This document shows positions 1 to 14,093 of a stretch of 39,698 nt of DNA, piece after piece. Position numbers and translations under genes: made by a program. Source of the DNA: Nevskiaceae bacterium (GTDB taxonomy: Bacteria > Pseudomonadota > Gammaproteobacteria > Steroidobacterales > Steroidobacteraceae); the NCBI GenBank assembly GCA_037439865.1, contig JBBIVG010000003.1, positions 1 to 39,698 on the forward strand, written 5' to 3'. Position 1 is the stretch's first letter. The number at the start of each line of letters is the position of its first letter. Below the pieces are notes generated by a model that saw only the letters and a program-made list of their open reading frames with translations, did no database searches and had not been told where the DNA came from.

Positions 1-11
1 CTCCTCCACGA

Positions 12-2096
12 TCACCACATGTTGCGAAGCTGGCTCGCGACATCGATCCGCGCGCCGGTCTCGGCCTGCGACTCACCGGGCCGATCGGGGCCCGGCGGCC
101 AGGCCGCGCGCTCGAACCGTTCGAGCACGGAGTCGGTCAGGAAGCGGCTGCGTGCGCCGTGCACGTAGCGATCCCCGGCCGGCGCCTGCTGCGTGACGTA
201 GAACCGCACCGGCGCGAGGAGGTGCAACTCCTGCCGGGCGCGTGTCATCGCCACGTAGAGTAGACGCCGCTCCTCGTCGATGAGTTCCGGCCGTCCGGTC
301 GAGAACTCGGAGGGGAAACTCCCATCCGTGACGTTGAGCACATGCACGGTCTCCCATTCCTGTCCCTTGGCGGAGTGCACCGTGGACAGCACCAGGTAGT
401 CCTCGTCGAGGAGCGGATCGCCTGACAGGTCGCCGCTCGCCTGCGGCGGGTCCAGCGTGAGCTCGGTCACGAATGACTCGCGCGTCGGGTACTGCACGGC
501 GAGGCGCTCGAGCTGCTCCAGGTCGCCGCGGCGAACCTGCGCCGCCTCGTAGAGGCGCTCAAGTTGCGGCTCGTACCACGCACGGACGCGCGTCACCTGC
601 CCTTCCCAGGGCGCGGCGCCGGCGATCGCAGTCATCAGCGATGCGAAGGCGGGCCAATGCTCGCGGGCCGCAGCCGGCACCGCGTAGCCAGGCAGGATGG
701 ACCAGTCGAAGCCAGCCGCCTCGAACGCGGCGCAGGCACGCTCGGAATTCGCGGGCCCCATTCCAGGCAGGAGCTGCAGCACGCGGAAGGCGGCGATCCG
801 GTTGCGGGGGTTGTCCGCCCAGCGGAGCACGGCGAGCAGGTCCTTCACGTGCGCCGCCTCGAGGAACTTGAGACCGCCGTACTTCACGAAAGGGATGTTG
901 CGGCGCATGAGCTCGAGCTCGAGCACGTCGCTGTGGTCCGAGTTGCGGAACAGCACGGCCTGGCGGCGCAGGTCGATGCCCCGCTCACGGCTCTCGAGGA
1001 CGCGGTCGACCACGTACGACGCCTGCGCCTGGTCGTCGAGCACCGTGACGTAGCGGGGCTTCGCACCGCCACCGCGCGCGCTGCGCAGGAACTTGCGGAA
1101 CTGGCGCCCGCCCTCCCCCATCAGCGCGTTCGCCGCATCGAGCACCGGTTGCGTGGAGCGATAGTTCTCCTCGAGCGTCACCACGTGCGCGGGCGGCGAG
1201 AACTTCTCCGGGAAGTCCAGGATGTTGTCGACCGTCGCGCCACGGAACGAGTAGATCGCCTGCGCGTCGTCGCCGACCACGGTCATGCCGCGGCCGTCCG
1301 GCTTGAGCCGCAGCAGGATCTCCGCCTGCAGCGCGTTCGTGTCCTGGTACTCGTCCACGAGGACGTGGTCGAACTGCGCGCCGATCGTCGCCGCGAGCGA
1401 CGCGTCGCGCATCATCACCTGCCAGTAGAGCAGCAGGTCGTCGTAGTCGAGCGCCTGCTGCGCGAGCTTCGCCTCGACGTAGGCCCGGCAGAGCGCAGTG
1501 AGTTCCTCCTCCCAGTCGAGACACCACGGGTAGGCGGTCTCGAGCGTCTCGCGCAGGCTGCGCTGCGTGTTCACGCGGTGCGAGTAGATGCCGAGGCAGG
1601 TGTCCTTGCGCGGAAAGCGCTTCCCGGTCTTCGACAGGCCGAGCCGGTGGCGCACCACGTCCATGAGATCGGCCGAGTCGGCCCGGTCGAGGACGCTGAA
1701 CGCGGGATCGAGCCCGACGCGCGTAGCGTACTGGCGGATGATCCGGTTGCCGATCGCGTGGAACGTGCCGGACCACGGCAAGCGCAGCGCGGCGAGGGAA
1801 GTCGCGCCGCCGGACTGCGAGCGCGCCACGGTGTCCGCAACGACACGCTGGGCACGACGGGTCATCTCGAGCGCGGCCCGGCGCGTGAAGGTCAGGAGCA
1901 GCAGTCGCTCGGGCGCGACCCCATGCAGCGACAGGTGCGCGACGCGATGCGCCAGTGTGCTGGTCTTGCCGGTCCCCGCTCCCGCGATCACGAGCAGCGG
2001 CGAGGCGCGCACCCCACGGCCTTGCGCGGCGTCACCGTAAGTCGCCGCTTCCCGCTGGGCGGAATTGAGGTGGGTGAACGGGTCGGCGTGCGTCAT
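12..2096 (-). CDS. UvrD/Rep/PcrA-family (SF1) ATP-dependent DNA helicase, about 694 aa
   Basis: I trimmed ORF 12..2642 to the ATG at 2096-2094 (MTHADPF...). It has Walker A AGAGTGKTS, motif II VDEYQDTN, and ENYRS, TVHSAKGQEW and YVAMTRAR. The 182 codons upstream overlap the divergent membrane-protein gene and look non-coding. Confidence 0.9.
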   Translation of the reverse strand: MTHADPFTHLNSAQREAATYGDAAQGRGVRASPLLVIAGAGTGKTSTLAHRVAHLSLHGVAPERLLLLTFTRRAALEMTRRAQRVVADTVARSQSGGATSLAALRLPWSGTFHAIGNRIIRQYATRVGLDPAFSVLDRADSADLMDVVRHRLGLSKTGKRFPRKDTCLGIYSHRVNTQRSLRETLETAYPWCLDWEEELTALCRAYVEAKLAQQALDYDDLLLYWQVMMRDASLAATIGAQFDHVLVDEYQDTNALQAEILLRLKPDGRGMTVVGDDAQAIYSFRGATVDNILDFPEKFSPPAHVVTLEENYRSTQPVLDAANALMGEGGRQFRKFLRSARGGGAKPRYVTVLDDQAQASYVVDRVLESRERGIDLRRQAVLFRNSDHSDVLELELMRRNIPFVKYGGLKFLEAAHVKDLLAVLRWADNPRNRIAAFRVLQLLPGMGPANSERACAAFEAAGFDWSILPGYAVPAAAREHWPAFASLMTAIAGAAPWEGQVTRVRAWYEPQLERLYEAAQVRRGDLEQLERLAVQYPTRESFVTELTLDPPQASGDLSGDPLLDEDYLVLSTVHSAKGQEWETVHVLNVTDGSFPSEFSTGRPELIDEERRLLYVAMTRARQELHLLAPVRFYVTQQAPAGDRYVHGARSRFLTDSVLERFERAAWPPGPDRPGESQAETGARIDVASQLRNMW

Positions 2097-2204
2097 GAGG
2101 CCGACGACTATAGTGCCGCCCTGTATGGATATCCAGTAAGAAGGCGCTTGCGACCACCCTGTAAGATGCGGTCGAGACCTGGCTTGCGGGAGGCGAACGT
2201 TTCG

Positions 2205-2615
2205 ATGGGCAATTTCAATCTGAGCGGGGTCCTCTGGCGCATCGCCTTCTCCCTGGTGCTCGTGTACCTGACCTTCAACCCGTCCGGGCACTCCTACTTC
2301 CACTGGCTGGCCGACGGATTCCCGTCGATCACCCCCGCCAAGGCCATCGCCGGCCTCGTGCTGCTCGGTGCATGGGTGTTCTTCGTGCACTCGACCTTCA
2401 ACGCGCTGGGAGGCCTGGGCGTGGGACTGCTCGTCGCGCTCTTCGGCTGCATCGTCTGGTGGCTGGTCTCCCAGGGATGGCTGAGTCTCGAGAACCGCGC
2501 CGCAATGGCCTGGGTCGTGCTGGGAATCCTCGGCGTCGTGCTCGGCATCGGCATGTCGTGGTCGCTGATTCGCCAGAAGGCTTCCGGCCAGGCGTCGGTG
2601 GACCGCGTCGACTGA
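2205..2615 (+). CDS. Small integral membrane protein (about 4 TM helices), function unknown
   Basis: This is the 3' part of ORF 564..2615. The sequence MGNFNLSGVLWRIAFSLVLVYLTF... is strongly hydrophobic, and GGAGG lies about 12 nt upstream. An alternative ATG sits at 2166. The remaining 5' part of the ORF is antisense to the helicase. Confidence 0.65.
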   Translation: MGNFNLSGVLWRIAFSLVLVYLTFNPSGHSYFHWLADGFPSITPAKAIAGLVLLGAWVFFVHSTFNALGGLGVGLLVALFGCIVWWLVSQGWLSLENRAAMAWVVLGILGVVLGIGMSWSLIRQKASGQASVDRVD

Positions 2616-2640
2616 CTCATCCCGGGCAGGAGTAAAGAGC

Positions 2641-3234
2641 ATGCCGAAACGCTACCCCTCGCAGCCAGACCACGTCACGGCGCTCGACATGCCGATCCCA
2701 CCGCGCTCGAAGCTCGACCCGGACCTGCAGAAGTACTTCGCGGTCTGCGACGAGCGCATCGGCTTCGTGCCGAACGTGCTTGCCGCGTACACCTTCGACC
2801 AGGCGAAGCTGCGCGCCTTCATCGGGATGTACAACGACCTGATGCTCGGCGATTCCACGCTCTCGAAGCTCGAGCGCGAGATGATCGCGGTGGTCGTCTC
2901 GTCGGCGAACCGCTGTTACTACTGCCAGGTCGCGCACGGCCAGGCCGTGCGCGAGATGTCAGGTGATCCGGCGCTCGGCGAACTGCTGGTGATGAATTAC
3001 CGGGCGGCGAAGCTCTCGCGCAAGCACCGCGCGATGCTCGACTTCGCGCACAGGATGACGGTGGCTCCGGAGGAGGTCGGCGAGGCGGACCGCGCGGCGT
3101 TGCGCAAGGCCGGCTTCAAGGACCGCGACATCTTCGACATCGCCGCAGTCGCATCGTTCTTCAACATGACGAACCGCATGGCGACCGCGATCGACATGAT
3201 GCCGAACGAGGAATACCACTCCGCCAGCCGGTGA
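2641..3234 (+). CDS. AhpD-like / carboxymuconolactone decarboxylase family peroxidase-related protein
   Basis: 197 aa with a CxxC motif in SSANRCYYCQVAHG, typical of the AhpD core. AGGAG lies 8 nt upstream of the ATG. Confidence 0.85.
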   Translation: MPKRYPSQPDHVTALDMPIPPRSKLDPDLQKYFAVCDERIGFVPNVLAAYTFDQAKLRAFIGMYNDLMLGDSTLSKLEREMIAVVVSSANRCYYCQVAHGQAVREMSGDPALGELLVMNYRAAKLSRKHRAMLDFAHRMTVAPEEVGEADRAALRKAGFKDRDIFDIAAVASFFNMTNRMATAIDMMPNEEYHSASR

Positions 3235-3256
3235 CCTTGGGGACAGTCCCCAGGTT
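3233..3256. repeat. Palindromic element with core GGGGACAGTCCCC (3239-3251) and flanking pairing. It fills the gap between two convergent stop codons and may act as a bidirectional terminator or REP-like site.
   Basis: I read it directly as ACCTTGGGGAC-A-GTCCCCAGGTT. The same 13-mer recurs twice at 13247-13290. Confidence 0.6.
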
Positions 3257-4632
3257 CAACGAACCAGCTTCATCAGCTTCGCTTTCTTCTCGGTGTAGGG
3301 CGGATAGCGGATCGGTGCATCGAGCCGGAAGCCGCGCTTCATGACCGGCCGCATGTGGCTGAACGTCTCGAAGCCGTACCAGCCCGTGTAGCGGCCCATG
3401 CCGCTGTTGCCCACGCCGCCGAACGGCAGCTCCGGCGACACCATGAAGATGACCGCGTCGTTGATGCAGACGCTGCCGGCGCTGAGCCGGTTCAACACGG
3501 CATCTTCCAGCACCTTGCTCTTCGTGAAGAGGTACAGCGCCAGCGGCTTCGGGCGGTCGGCGACGAACTTGATCGCGTGGTGCATCTCGTCCACGGTGAT
3601 CACCGGCAGCACGGGCCCGAAGATCTCCTCGGTCATCAGGCCGCAGTCCGCGGGCGGGTCGAGCACGATCGTCGGCTCGACGAACCGCTTCGCGACGTCC
3701 ACGCGCCCGCCGTGGTGGATCTTCTGGCCCTTGAGCAGGTCGGCGAAGCGCGCGGTGTGGCGCTCGCTCGCGATGCGCGGGTAATCCGGGCTCTGCTCGG
3801 CGTCCTCGCCGTAGAAATCCTTGATCCTGCGCGTGATCGCGTCGACGAACTGCGTCGCCACCTCGCGGTGCACGAGCACGTGGTCCGGCGCGACGCAGGT
3901 CTGGCCGGCGTTGATGAACTTGCCCCAGGCGATGCGCGACGCAGCGACCTCGATGTCGGCGCTCTTGTCGATCAGGCACGGGCTCTTGCCGCCGAGTTCG
4001 AGCGTCACGGGCGTCAGGTGCTTCGCGGCCGCGGTCATGACGATCCGGGCGACGCGCTCGTTGCCGGTGTAGAGGATGTGATCGAACTGCTGCTCGAGGA
4101 GTTCGGTCGTCTCCGGGACGCCGCCCTCAATGACGGCGAATGCGTCCGGGTCGAGATAACGGGGCAGGATCGCGGCCAGCGCCGCCGAGGTGTGGCTCGT
4201 GATCTCGGAGGGCTTCATGATCGCGCAGTTGCCCGCGGCCACCGCACCCACGAGTGGCGCGCACACCATGGACAGCGGGTAATTCCACGGCGCAATGATC
4301 AGCACGACGCCCTTCGGTTCGGGCTCGATGTAGCTGCGGCCCGGCTGCGCCATCATCGGGGTGCGAACCCGCGTCGGCTTCATCCAGTTCCGGAGGTGCT
4401 TGCGTGCGTACTTCGCCTCCTCCTCGACGAAGCTCATCTCGGTCATCACCGACTCGAACCGGCACTTGCCGAGGTCCTTGCGCAGCGCCTCGGCGAAGTC
4501 GGACTCGTGCTCGCGCATGGCACGCTCGATCTCCTCGAGCTGCTTCAGCCGCCACCCGATCGGGCGGGTCTTGCCGCTGTCGAACGTCAGGCGCAGGCGA
4601 GCGAGGGTGGACGTGATGTTCGAGCTGCTCAT
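3256..4632 (-). CDS. NAD(P)+-dependent aldehyde dehydrogenase, class-3 / fatty or coniferyl aldehyde dehydrogenase-like
   Basis: 458 aa with the catalytic Glu context LELGGKSP and the catalytic Cys context NAGQTCVAPD. Overall length and layout match the ALDH3 family. Confidence 0.9.
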   Translation of the reverse strand: MSSSNITSTLARLRLTFDSGKTRPIGWRLKQLEEIERAMREHESDFAEALRKDLGKCRFESVMTEMSFVEEEAKYARKHLRNWMKPTRVRTPMMAQPGRSYIEPEPKGVVLIIAPWNYPLSMVCAPLVGAVAAGNCAIMKPSEITSHTSAALAAILPRYLDPDAFAVIEGGVPETTELLEQQFDHILYTGNERVARIVMTAAAKHLTPVTLELGGKSPCLIDKSADIEVAASRIAWGKFINAGQTCVAPDHVLVHREVATQFVDAITRRIKDFYGEDAEQSPDYPRIASERHTARFADLLKGQKIHHGGRVDVAKRFVEPTIVLDPPADCGLMTEEIFGPVLPVITVDEMHHAIKFVADRPKPLALYLFTKSKVLEDAVLNRLSAGSVCINDAVIFMVSPELPFGGVGNSGMGRYTGWYGFETFSHMRPVMKRGFRLDAPIRYPPYTEKKAKLMKLVR

Positions 4633-4794
4633 CGTTGGGCTCCGGGATCCCCTGGCGTCGGTACCTGGTCGCGCAAATTATCACAGGAGAGCCGCGCTGG
4701 TGCGGCGCAGCAACGGGGACCCGGGCACCGCCGGAGCGGTGCGCCGACGCCGGGCCTGTATCATCACGAAACTGGTCCGGGAGCCTGACGCCGC

Positions 4795-5328
4795 ATGACC
4801 GAGTACATCCGCAACGTCTTCAAGGGCCGGGTCCTGACGCTGAACCTCGAGCGGGTCGAGCTGCCCAACGGCCGGGTCGCCGAGCTCGAGATTGCCCATC
4901 ATCCCGGCGGGGCCGCCGTGGTCGCCGTGGACGACCAGGCACGCGTTTGTCTCCTCCGGCAGTTCCGCCATGCCGCCGGCGGCTGGCTCGAGGAACTCCC
5001 CGCCGGCAAGCTGGACGGCGGCGAGCCGCCGATCGAGTGCGCCGTCCGCGAACTGGCCGAGGAGGCCGGGGTCAGCGCTCGCCGCTGGGACAAGCTCGGG
5101 CAGTTCTTCAGTTCGCCGGGCGTGCTGACCGAGGTTATCCACATCTTCCTCGCCCGCGAGCTCACGCCCGTGCAGTCAGCGCCGGAGGACCATGAGGTCT
5201 TCGAGGTCCGGTGGGTGCCGCTCCGTGAGGCGGCCGCCCGCGCCACCCGGGGCGAGATCCAGGACGGCAAGAGCCTTGTCGGCCTCTGCTGGGCGGCAGC
5301 CGCGCTGCAGGCCGGCGGCCCCGGCTGA
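4795..5328 (+). CDS. NUDIX hydrolase (ADP-ribose pyrophosphatase-like)
   Basis: 177 aa with a complete Nudix box, GKLDGGEPPIECAVRELAEEAGV (GX5EX7REUXEEXGU). Confidence 0.85.
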   Translation: MTEYIRNVFKGRVLTLNLERVELPNGRVAELEIAHHPGGAAVVAVDDQARVCLLRQFRHAAGGWLEELPAGKLDGGEPPIECAVRELAEEAGVSARRWDKLGQFFSSPGVLTEVIHIFLARELTPVQSAPEDHEVFEVRWVPLREAAARATRGEIQDGKSLVGLCWAAAALQAGGPG

Positions 5329-5425
5329 CCCGGGCCCCGGGATTTCCGTGATCACGCTCGCATTCCCTGCGGGCCCGGGTTCTGTAACATATCGCAGGCA
5401 AACCGCAGCCACTGGCGGACACGAC

Positions 5426-5815
5426 ATGGTGGAAAAGCCTCGCAACAAGCCGGCGGGAAAGACCCCCGAGCCGGACAGCACAGGGACCGGACCGGGTCAC
5501 CTCGGTGAGGACGATCGCGGCAACGTCACCTGGGAATGGAAGAACGAGGGCGACCTGCTCGCCGACGACTCGCTCGGCGCGGCCGAACGCGTCCGCGCGC
5601 TCGTGGATCCAAACCTCGACATCGCCGACGAGGGCGAGGACCCGAATAACCCGCTGACCGTCAACCCGAAGCGGCTCAAGGCGGGCTATAACCCCTACAA
5701 CAGCGGCGCGCTCGGCAAGCAGACCTGGAAGAAGAAGAAGGACCTGCGCGAGCTCTCCAAGTGGATCGAGCTCCGCAAGAAGATGTCCGAGAAGAAGAAG
5801 AAGGAAGGCGAGTAG
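5426..5815 (+). CDS. Hypothetical protein of 129 aa. It looks low-complexity or disordered, with an acidic N-half and a lysine-rich C-terminus.
   Basis: I trimmed ORF 5192..5815 to the ATG at 5426 (MVEKPRNKP...). The third-position G/C bias is good. The KKKK runs are encoded by AAG repeats. I recognise no family. Confidence 0.5.
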   Translation: MVEKPRNKPAGKTPEPDSTGTGPGHLGEDDRGNVTWEWKNEGDLLADDSLGAAERVRALVDPNLDIADEGEDPNNPLTVNPKRLKAGYNPYNSGALGKQTWKKKKDLRELSKWIELRKKMSEKKKKEGE

Positions 5816-5871
5816 CCTTCATCCCCACTGCGCCGCGTGGCGCAGCGGCACGGATCCGCAAGGGACATTCC

Positions 5872-6381
5872 ATGCAGGTCTACGGCATCGTCGGACGCAA
5901 GAACAGCGGCAAGACGCACCTCGTGGCACGCCTCGTCCGGGCGGCGACGCAGCGCGGCCTCACGGTTTCGACGGTGAAGCACGCCCACCACGGGTTCGAC
6001 GTGGACCAGCCCGGCAAGGACAGCTACGTCCACCGCGAGGCGGGCGCGCAGGAGGTGATCGTCAGTTCCTCGCTGCGCTGGGCGCTGCTGCACGAAAACC
6101 GCGGCGCGGCGGAACCCTCGCTGCAGGAATTACTCGCGCGCCTCTCGCCCTGCGACCTCGTGATCGTCGAGGGATTCAAGAAGGACGACCACCGCAAGCT
6201 CGAGGTCTATCGCAGTACTTGCGGCCAGCCGCCGTTGTCGGCCGAGGATGCGACCATCGAGGCGATCGCCGTGGACGACTCGAGCGACGTGGCCTGCCGC
6301 GTTCCGCGTCTGCCATTGGACGACACCGAGGCCGTGCTCGACTTCATCCTGCGACGGGTGGGGCTTCCGCCATCAGGCTGA
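5872..6381 (+). CDS. mobB: Molybdopterin-guanine dinucleotide biosynthesis adapter protein MobB
   Basis: I trimmed ORF 5761..6381 to the ATG at 5872. It has MQVYGIVGRKNSGKTHL (P-loop), TVKHAHHGFDVDQPGKDS and LVIVEGFK, typical of MobB. Confidence 0.85.
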   Translation: MQVYGIVGRKNSGKTHLVARLVRAATQRGLTVSTVKHAHHGFDVDQPGKDSYVHREAGAQEVIVSSSLRWALLHENRGAAEPSLQELLARLSPCDLVIVEGFKKDDHRKLEVYRSTCGQPPLSAEDATIEAIAVDDSSDVACRVPRLPLDDTEAVLDFILRRVGLPPSG

Positions 6382-7065
6382 GACGTCGAGCAACCGCACG
6401 AGGTCGAGCAGCGAGGCAACGACCTGCTCCGGCTCGGCGAAGGTCCCGGGCCACGCCGCGCCTTCCCGGTTCAGCCAAACAGGCCGCACGCCGGCACGCC
6501 GCGCACCCTCGACGTCGGCTTCGGGGTCGTCGCCGATGTGAATCGTGCGCTCGGCGGGCACCTGCGCGGCCTCGAGCAACATGGCAAAGATCCGCGGGTC
6601 GGGCTTCAGCATTCCGGCTTCGCGGGCGGCGAGACTTCGCTCGAAGTAGCGCGCGAGCCCGATCGCGGCGAGATCCGCATTGCCGTTGCTGATCGCGAAC
6701 AGACGGTAACGCGCCGAGAGCCGCTCGAGGGCCGGCAGCACGTCCTCGTAGAGCACGACTTCGTTGCGAGCGCGGTAGAAGACCTCGAAGGCCTCGTGAG
6801 CCATCGCGTCCGGATAGCCAACCTCGCGGGCGTGGGCGAGTAATGCCTGGGTGCGAAGCCACGTGAAGTCGTGGCGCATCGCCGGGTGCTCGCGCGCCAT
6901 GCGGGCGCGGACATCGCGCATCGAGTCGAGCGTGTGAAGCTCCATGACCCGCGGGTAATGCTCCGCGAGGAATCGCTCCATCGCGTGCTCGGCCCGCAGG
7001 ATCACCGGCCCCACGTCCCACAGGGTGTTGTCGAGGTCGAAGATGATCGCCTGGACTTCGCGCAT
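6373..7065 (-). CDS. HAD-superfamily hydrolase (subfamily IA-like)
   Basis: I trimmed ORF 6373..7641 to the ATG at 7065. It has motif I FDLDNTLWD, plus ISNG, a K in MLKPDP, and IGDDPEADVEGA. Confidence 0.85.
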   Translation of the reverse strand: MREVQAIIFDLDNTLWDVGPVILRAEHAMERFLAEHYPRVMELHTLDSMRDVRARMAREHPAMRHDFTWLRTQALLAHAREVGYPDAMAHEAFEVFYRARNEVVLYEDVLPALERLSARYRLFAISNGNADLAAIGLARYFERSLAAREAGMLKPDPRIFAMLLEAAQVPAERTIHIGDDPEADVEGARRAGVRPVWLNREGAAWPGTFAEPEQVVASLLDLVRLLDVSA

Positions 7066-7119
7066 CGTATCGCCGAGTCTAGCCGACCTGCACGCGGGCG
7101 ACGCGATGGGACCAGCTCG

Positions 7120-8382
7120 ATGAAGACCACGACGACGAAGTTCGCACAGCGAATCCTGCGGCCGACGGGCGCGCTCGAGCTGATGACGGACCTCGGCGAG
7201 GCGTCCGTTCCGGTCGAGGGCCGCACCGTGCACATGCTCGGCGGCGGCAACCCGGCACGGATCCCCGCCGTCGAGGATGTCTACAGGCGCCGCCTGCGTG
7301 AAATCGCCGAAGACGATGCGCAGCTCGGGCGGTTCGCGGCGACGTACTCGGCGCCGGGCGGCGATCGCTCGTTCCGCGTGGCCGTGGCGGAGATGCTGAC
7401 GCGCAAGTACGGCTGGCCACTGTCGGAGCGCAACGTCGCGCTGACGAGCGGCAGCCAGACCGCGTTCGCGGTACTGTTCAACCTGTTCGCGGGCGAGTGC
7501 GTGGACGGGACCTGCAGGCGAATCCTCTTCCCGCTGGCGCCCGAGTACATCGGCTACGCGGACGTCGGCCTGTCGGATGACATGCTCGTTGCGCAGCCCG
7601 CCGACATCGAGGAACTGCCGGACGGCTTCTTCAAGTACCACGTGCGGTTCGGGGGTCTGGACCGAATCCCGGACGTCGGTGCGATCTGCGTTTCGCGCCC
7701 GACGAATCCGTCCGGCAACGTCCTCACGCTCGGCGAACTCGAGCGGCTCGACGCGCTGGCGAAGGCACGCGAGGTGCCACTCATCATCGACGCGGCCTAC
7801 GGATATCCGTTCCCCGGCATCCAGTTCGAGGAGCCTGGGCTCATCTGGAACGAGAATGTCGTGCTGTGCCTAAGCCTGTCCAAGCTCGGCCTGCCCGCCA
7901 CCCGCACGGGCATCGTCGTCGCGAACGAGGACGTCGTCGAGGCGCTGACCGCGTTCAATGCGACGGCTTCGCTGGCGCCGGTCTCGACGGGCGCGGTGAT
8001 CGCAGATCCGCTGCTCCGGAGCGGCGAGCTCGAGCGGATCTGTAACGAGTCGATTCGACCGTACTACGCCGAGCGCTCACGCGAGGCCGTGGCGTGGCTG
8101 CAGGAGGCCTTCCGCGACCTGCCATTGCGGATACATCGGCCCGAGGGTGCGTTCTTCCTTTGGCTGTGGTTTCCGGGACTGCCGATCACCAGCGCGGAGC
8201 TGTACCGGCGACTGAAGGCACGCGGCGTATTCGTTCTTTCGGGGCACCATTTCTTCCCGGGGCTGGCGGACGGCTGGCGGCATCGACACGAGTGCATCCG
8301 ACTCAATTACTCGCAGGCGCGCGAGAGCGTTGCCGCGGGCGTGAGTGCGATTGCGGATGAGGTCAGGCGGGTGATGCGATAG
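7120..8382 (+). CDS. avtA: Valine--pyruvate aminotransferase (alanine-valine transaminase)
   Basis: I trimmed ORF 6871..8382 to the ATG at 7120. It has long stretches recognisable against E. coli AvtA: LFPLAPEYIGYADVGL, FKYHV, ICVSRPTNPSGNV, SLSKLGLP and HRPEGAFFLWLWFPGLPIT. Confidence 0.9.
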   Translation: MKTTTTKFAQRILRPTGALELMTDLGEASVPVEGRTVHMLGGGNPARIPAVEDVYRRRLREIAEDDAQLGRFAATYSAPGGDRSFRVAVAEMLTRKYGWPLSERNVALTSGSQTAFAVLFNLFAGECVDGTCRRILFPLAPEYIGYADVGLSDDMLVAQPADIEELPDGFFKYHVRFGGLDRIPDVGAICVSRPTNPSGNVLTLGELERLDALAKAREVPLIIDAAYGYPFPGIQFEEPGLIWNENVVLCLSLSKLGLPATRTGIVVANEDVVEALTAFNATASLAPVSTGAVIADPLLRSGELERICNESIRPYYAERSREAVAWLQEAFRDLPLRIHRPEGAFFLWLWFPGLPITSAELYRRLKARGVFVLSGHHFFPGLADGWRHRHECIRLNYSQARESVAAGVSAIADEVRRVMR

Positions 8383-8396
8383 GCCCGACCCGTCCG

Positions 8397-8414
8397 ACGT
8401 TTCCGCGGAAACGT
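8397..8414. terminator. Perfect 18-nt palindrome ACGTTTCCGCGGAAACGT between the convergent avtA and UvrA-fusion genes. It may be a bidirectional terminator hairpin.
   Basis: Seen directly. The stem would be 7 bp with a CGCG loop. No U-tract follows, so its function is uncertain. Confidence 0.3.
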
Positions 8415-8487
8415 AAGTAACCCGCTGGCGGTCCACGTCAGTGACGATCTGGCGATCGATGCGCCAGGCCGCGTCGGGCAACAGGCA

Positions 8488-13983
<5,496 letters not shown>

Positions 13984-14093
13984 CGGGGTACCCGCCGCCC
14001 TGGAACCGGCCGGCCGGGGATGTCCACGCTACCACGTTCCGGCCCGATCGCGGATACTCCGCACCACAACGACTCGAAACCAGGGAACCCAGC

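Noticed and set aside
744-764. GGAATTCGCGGGCCCCATTCC inverted repeat inside the helicase gene, superficially like the AATTCG-containing palindrome families
   Set aside because: It has no GGGGAC/GGTGCC core. It encodes LPGMGPANSE, a helix-hairpin-helix-like LPGxG motif that is plausibly native to the helicase C-terminal region. I judge the resemblance to be chance.
564-2204. Long plus-strand ORF (the 5' two-thirds of 564..2615), along with many similar long ORFs: 3355..4788, 6871..7119, 11026..13293, 12611..14206, 15412..17694, 18522..20057, 22305..24671, 28099..29637, 29557..31002, 31296..32474, 34483..35865, 36023..37528
   Set aside because: They lie antisense or out of frame to genes with clear family motifs. 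Their products are Arg/Ala/Gly/Pro-rich with no motifs. Such ORFs are the expected stop-codon-poor shadow frames of high-GC DNA.
5329-5346. CCCGG-GCC-CCGGG hairpin followed by ATTTCC just after the NUDIX stop, as a possible intrinsic terminator
   Set aside because: The stem is only 5 bp and the T-tract only 3 nt, which is too weak to call.
5728-5805. AAG-rich tracts (gaagaagaagaag) as a possible microsatellite or slippage-prone repeat
   Set aside because: They are short (4-5 units), in frame, and simply encode the lysine runs of the 129-aa ORF. There is no evidence of variability from a single sequence.
6373-6381. Convergent gene-end overlaps (mobB/HAD 9 nt; hutG/CDF 30384-30394; Trx-lipoprotein/GNAT 33022-33056; secretin-like/small anchored protein 35481-35484)
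   Set aside because: Short 3' overlaps of convergent genes are common in compact high-GC genomes. I see no sign that they carry special regulatory meaning.
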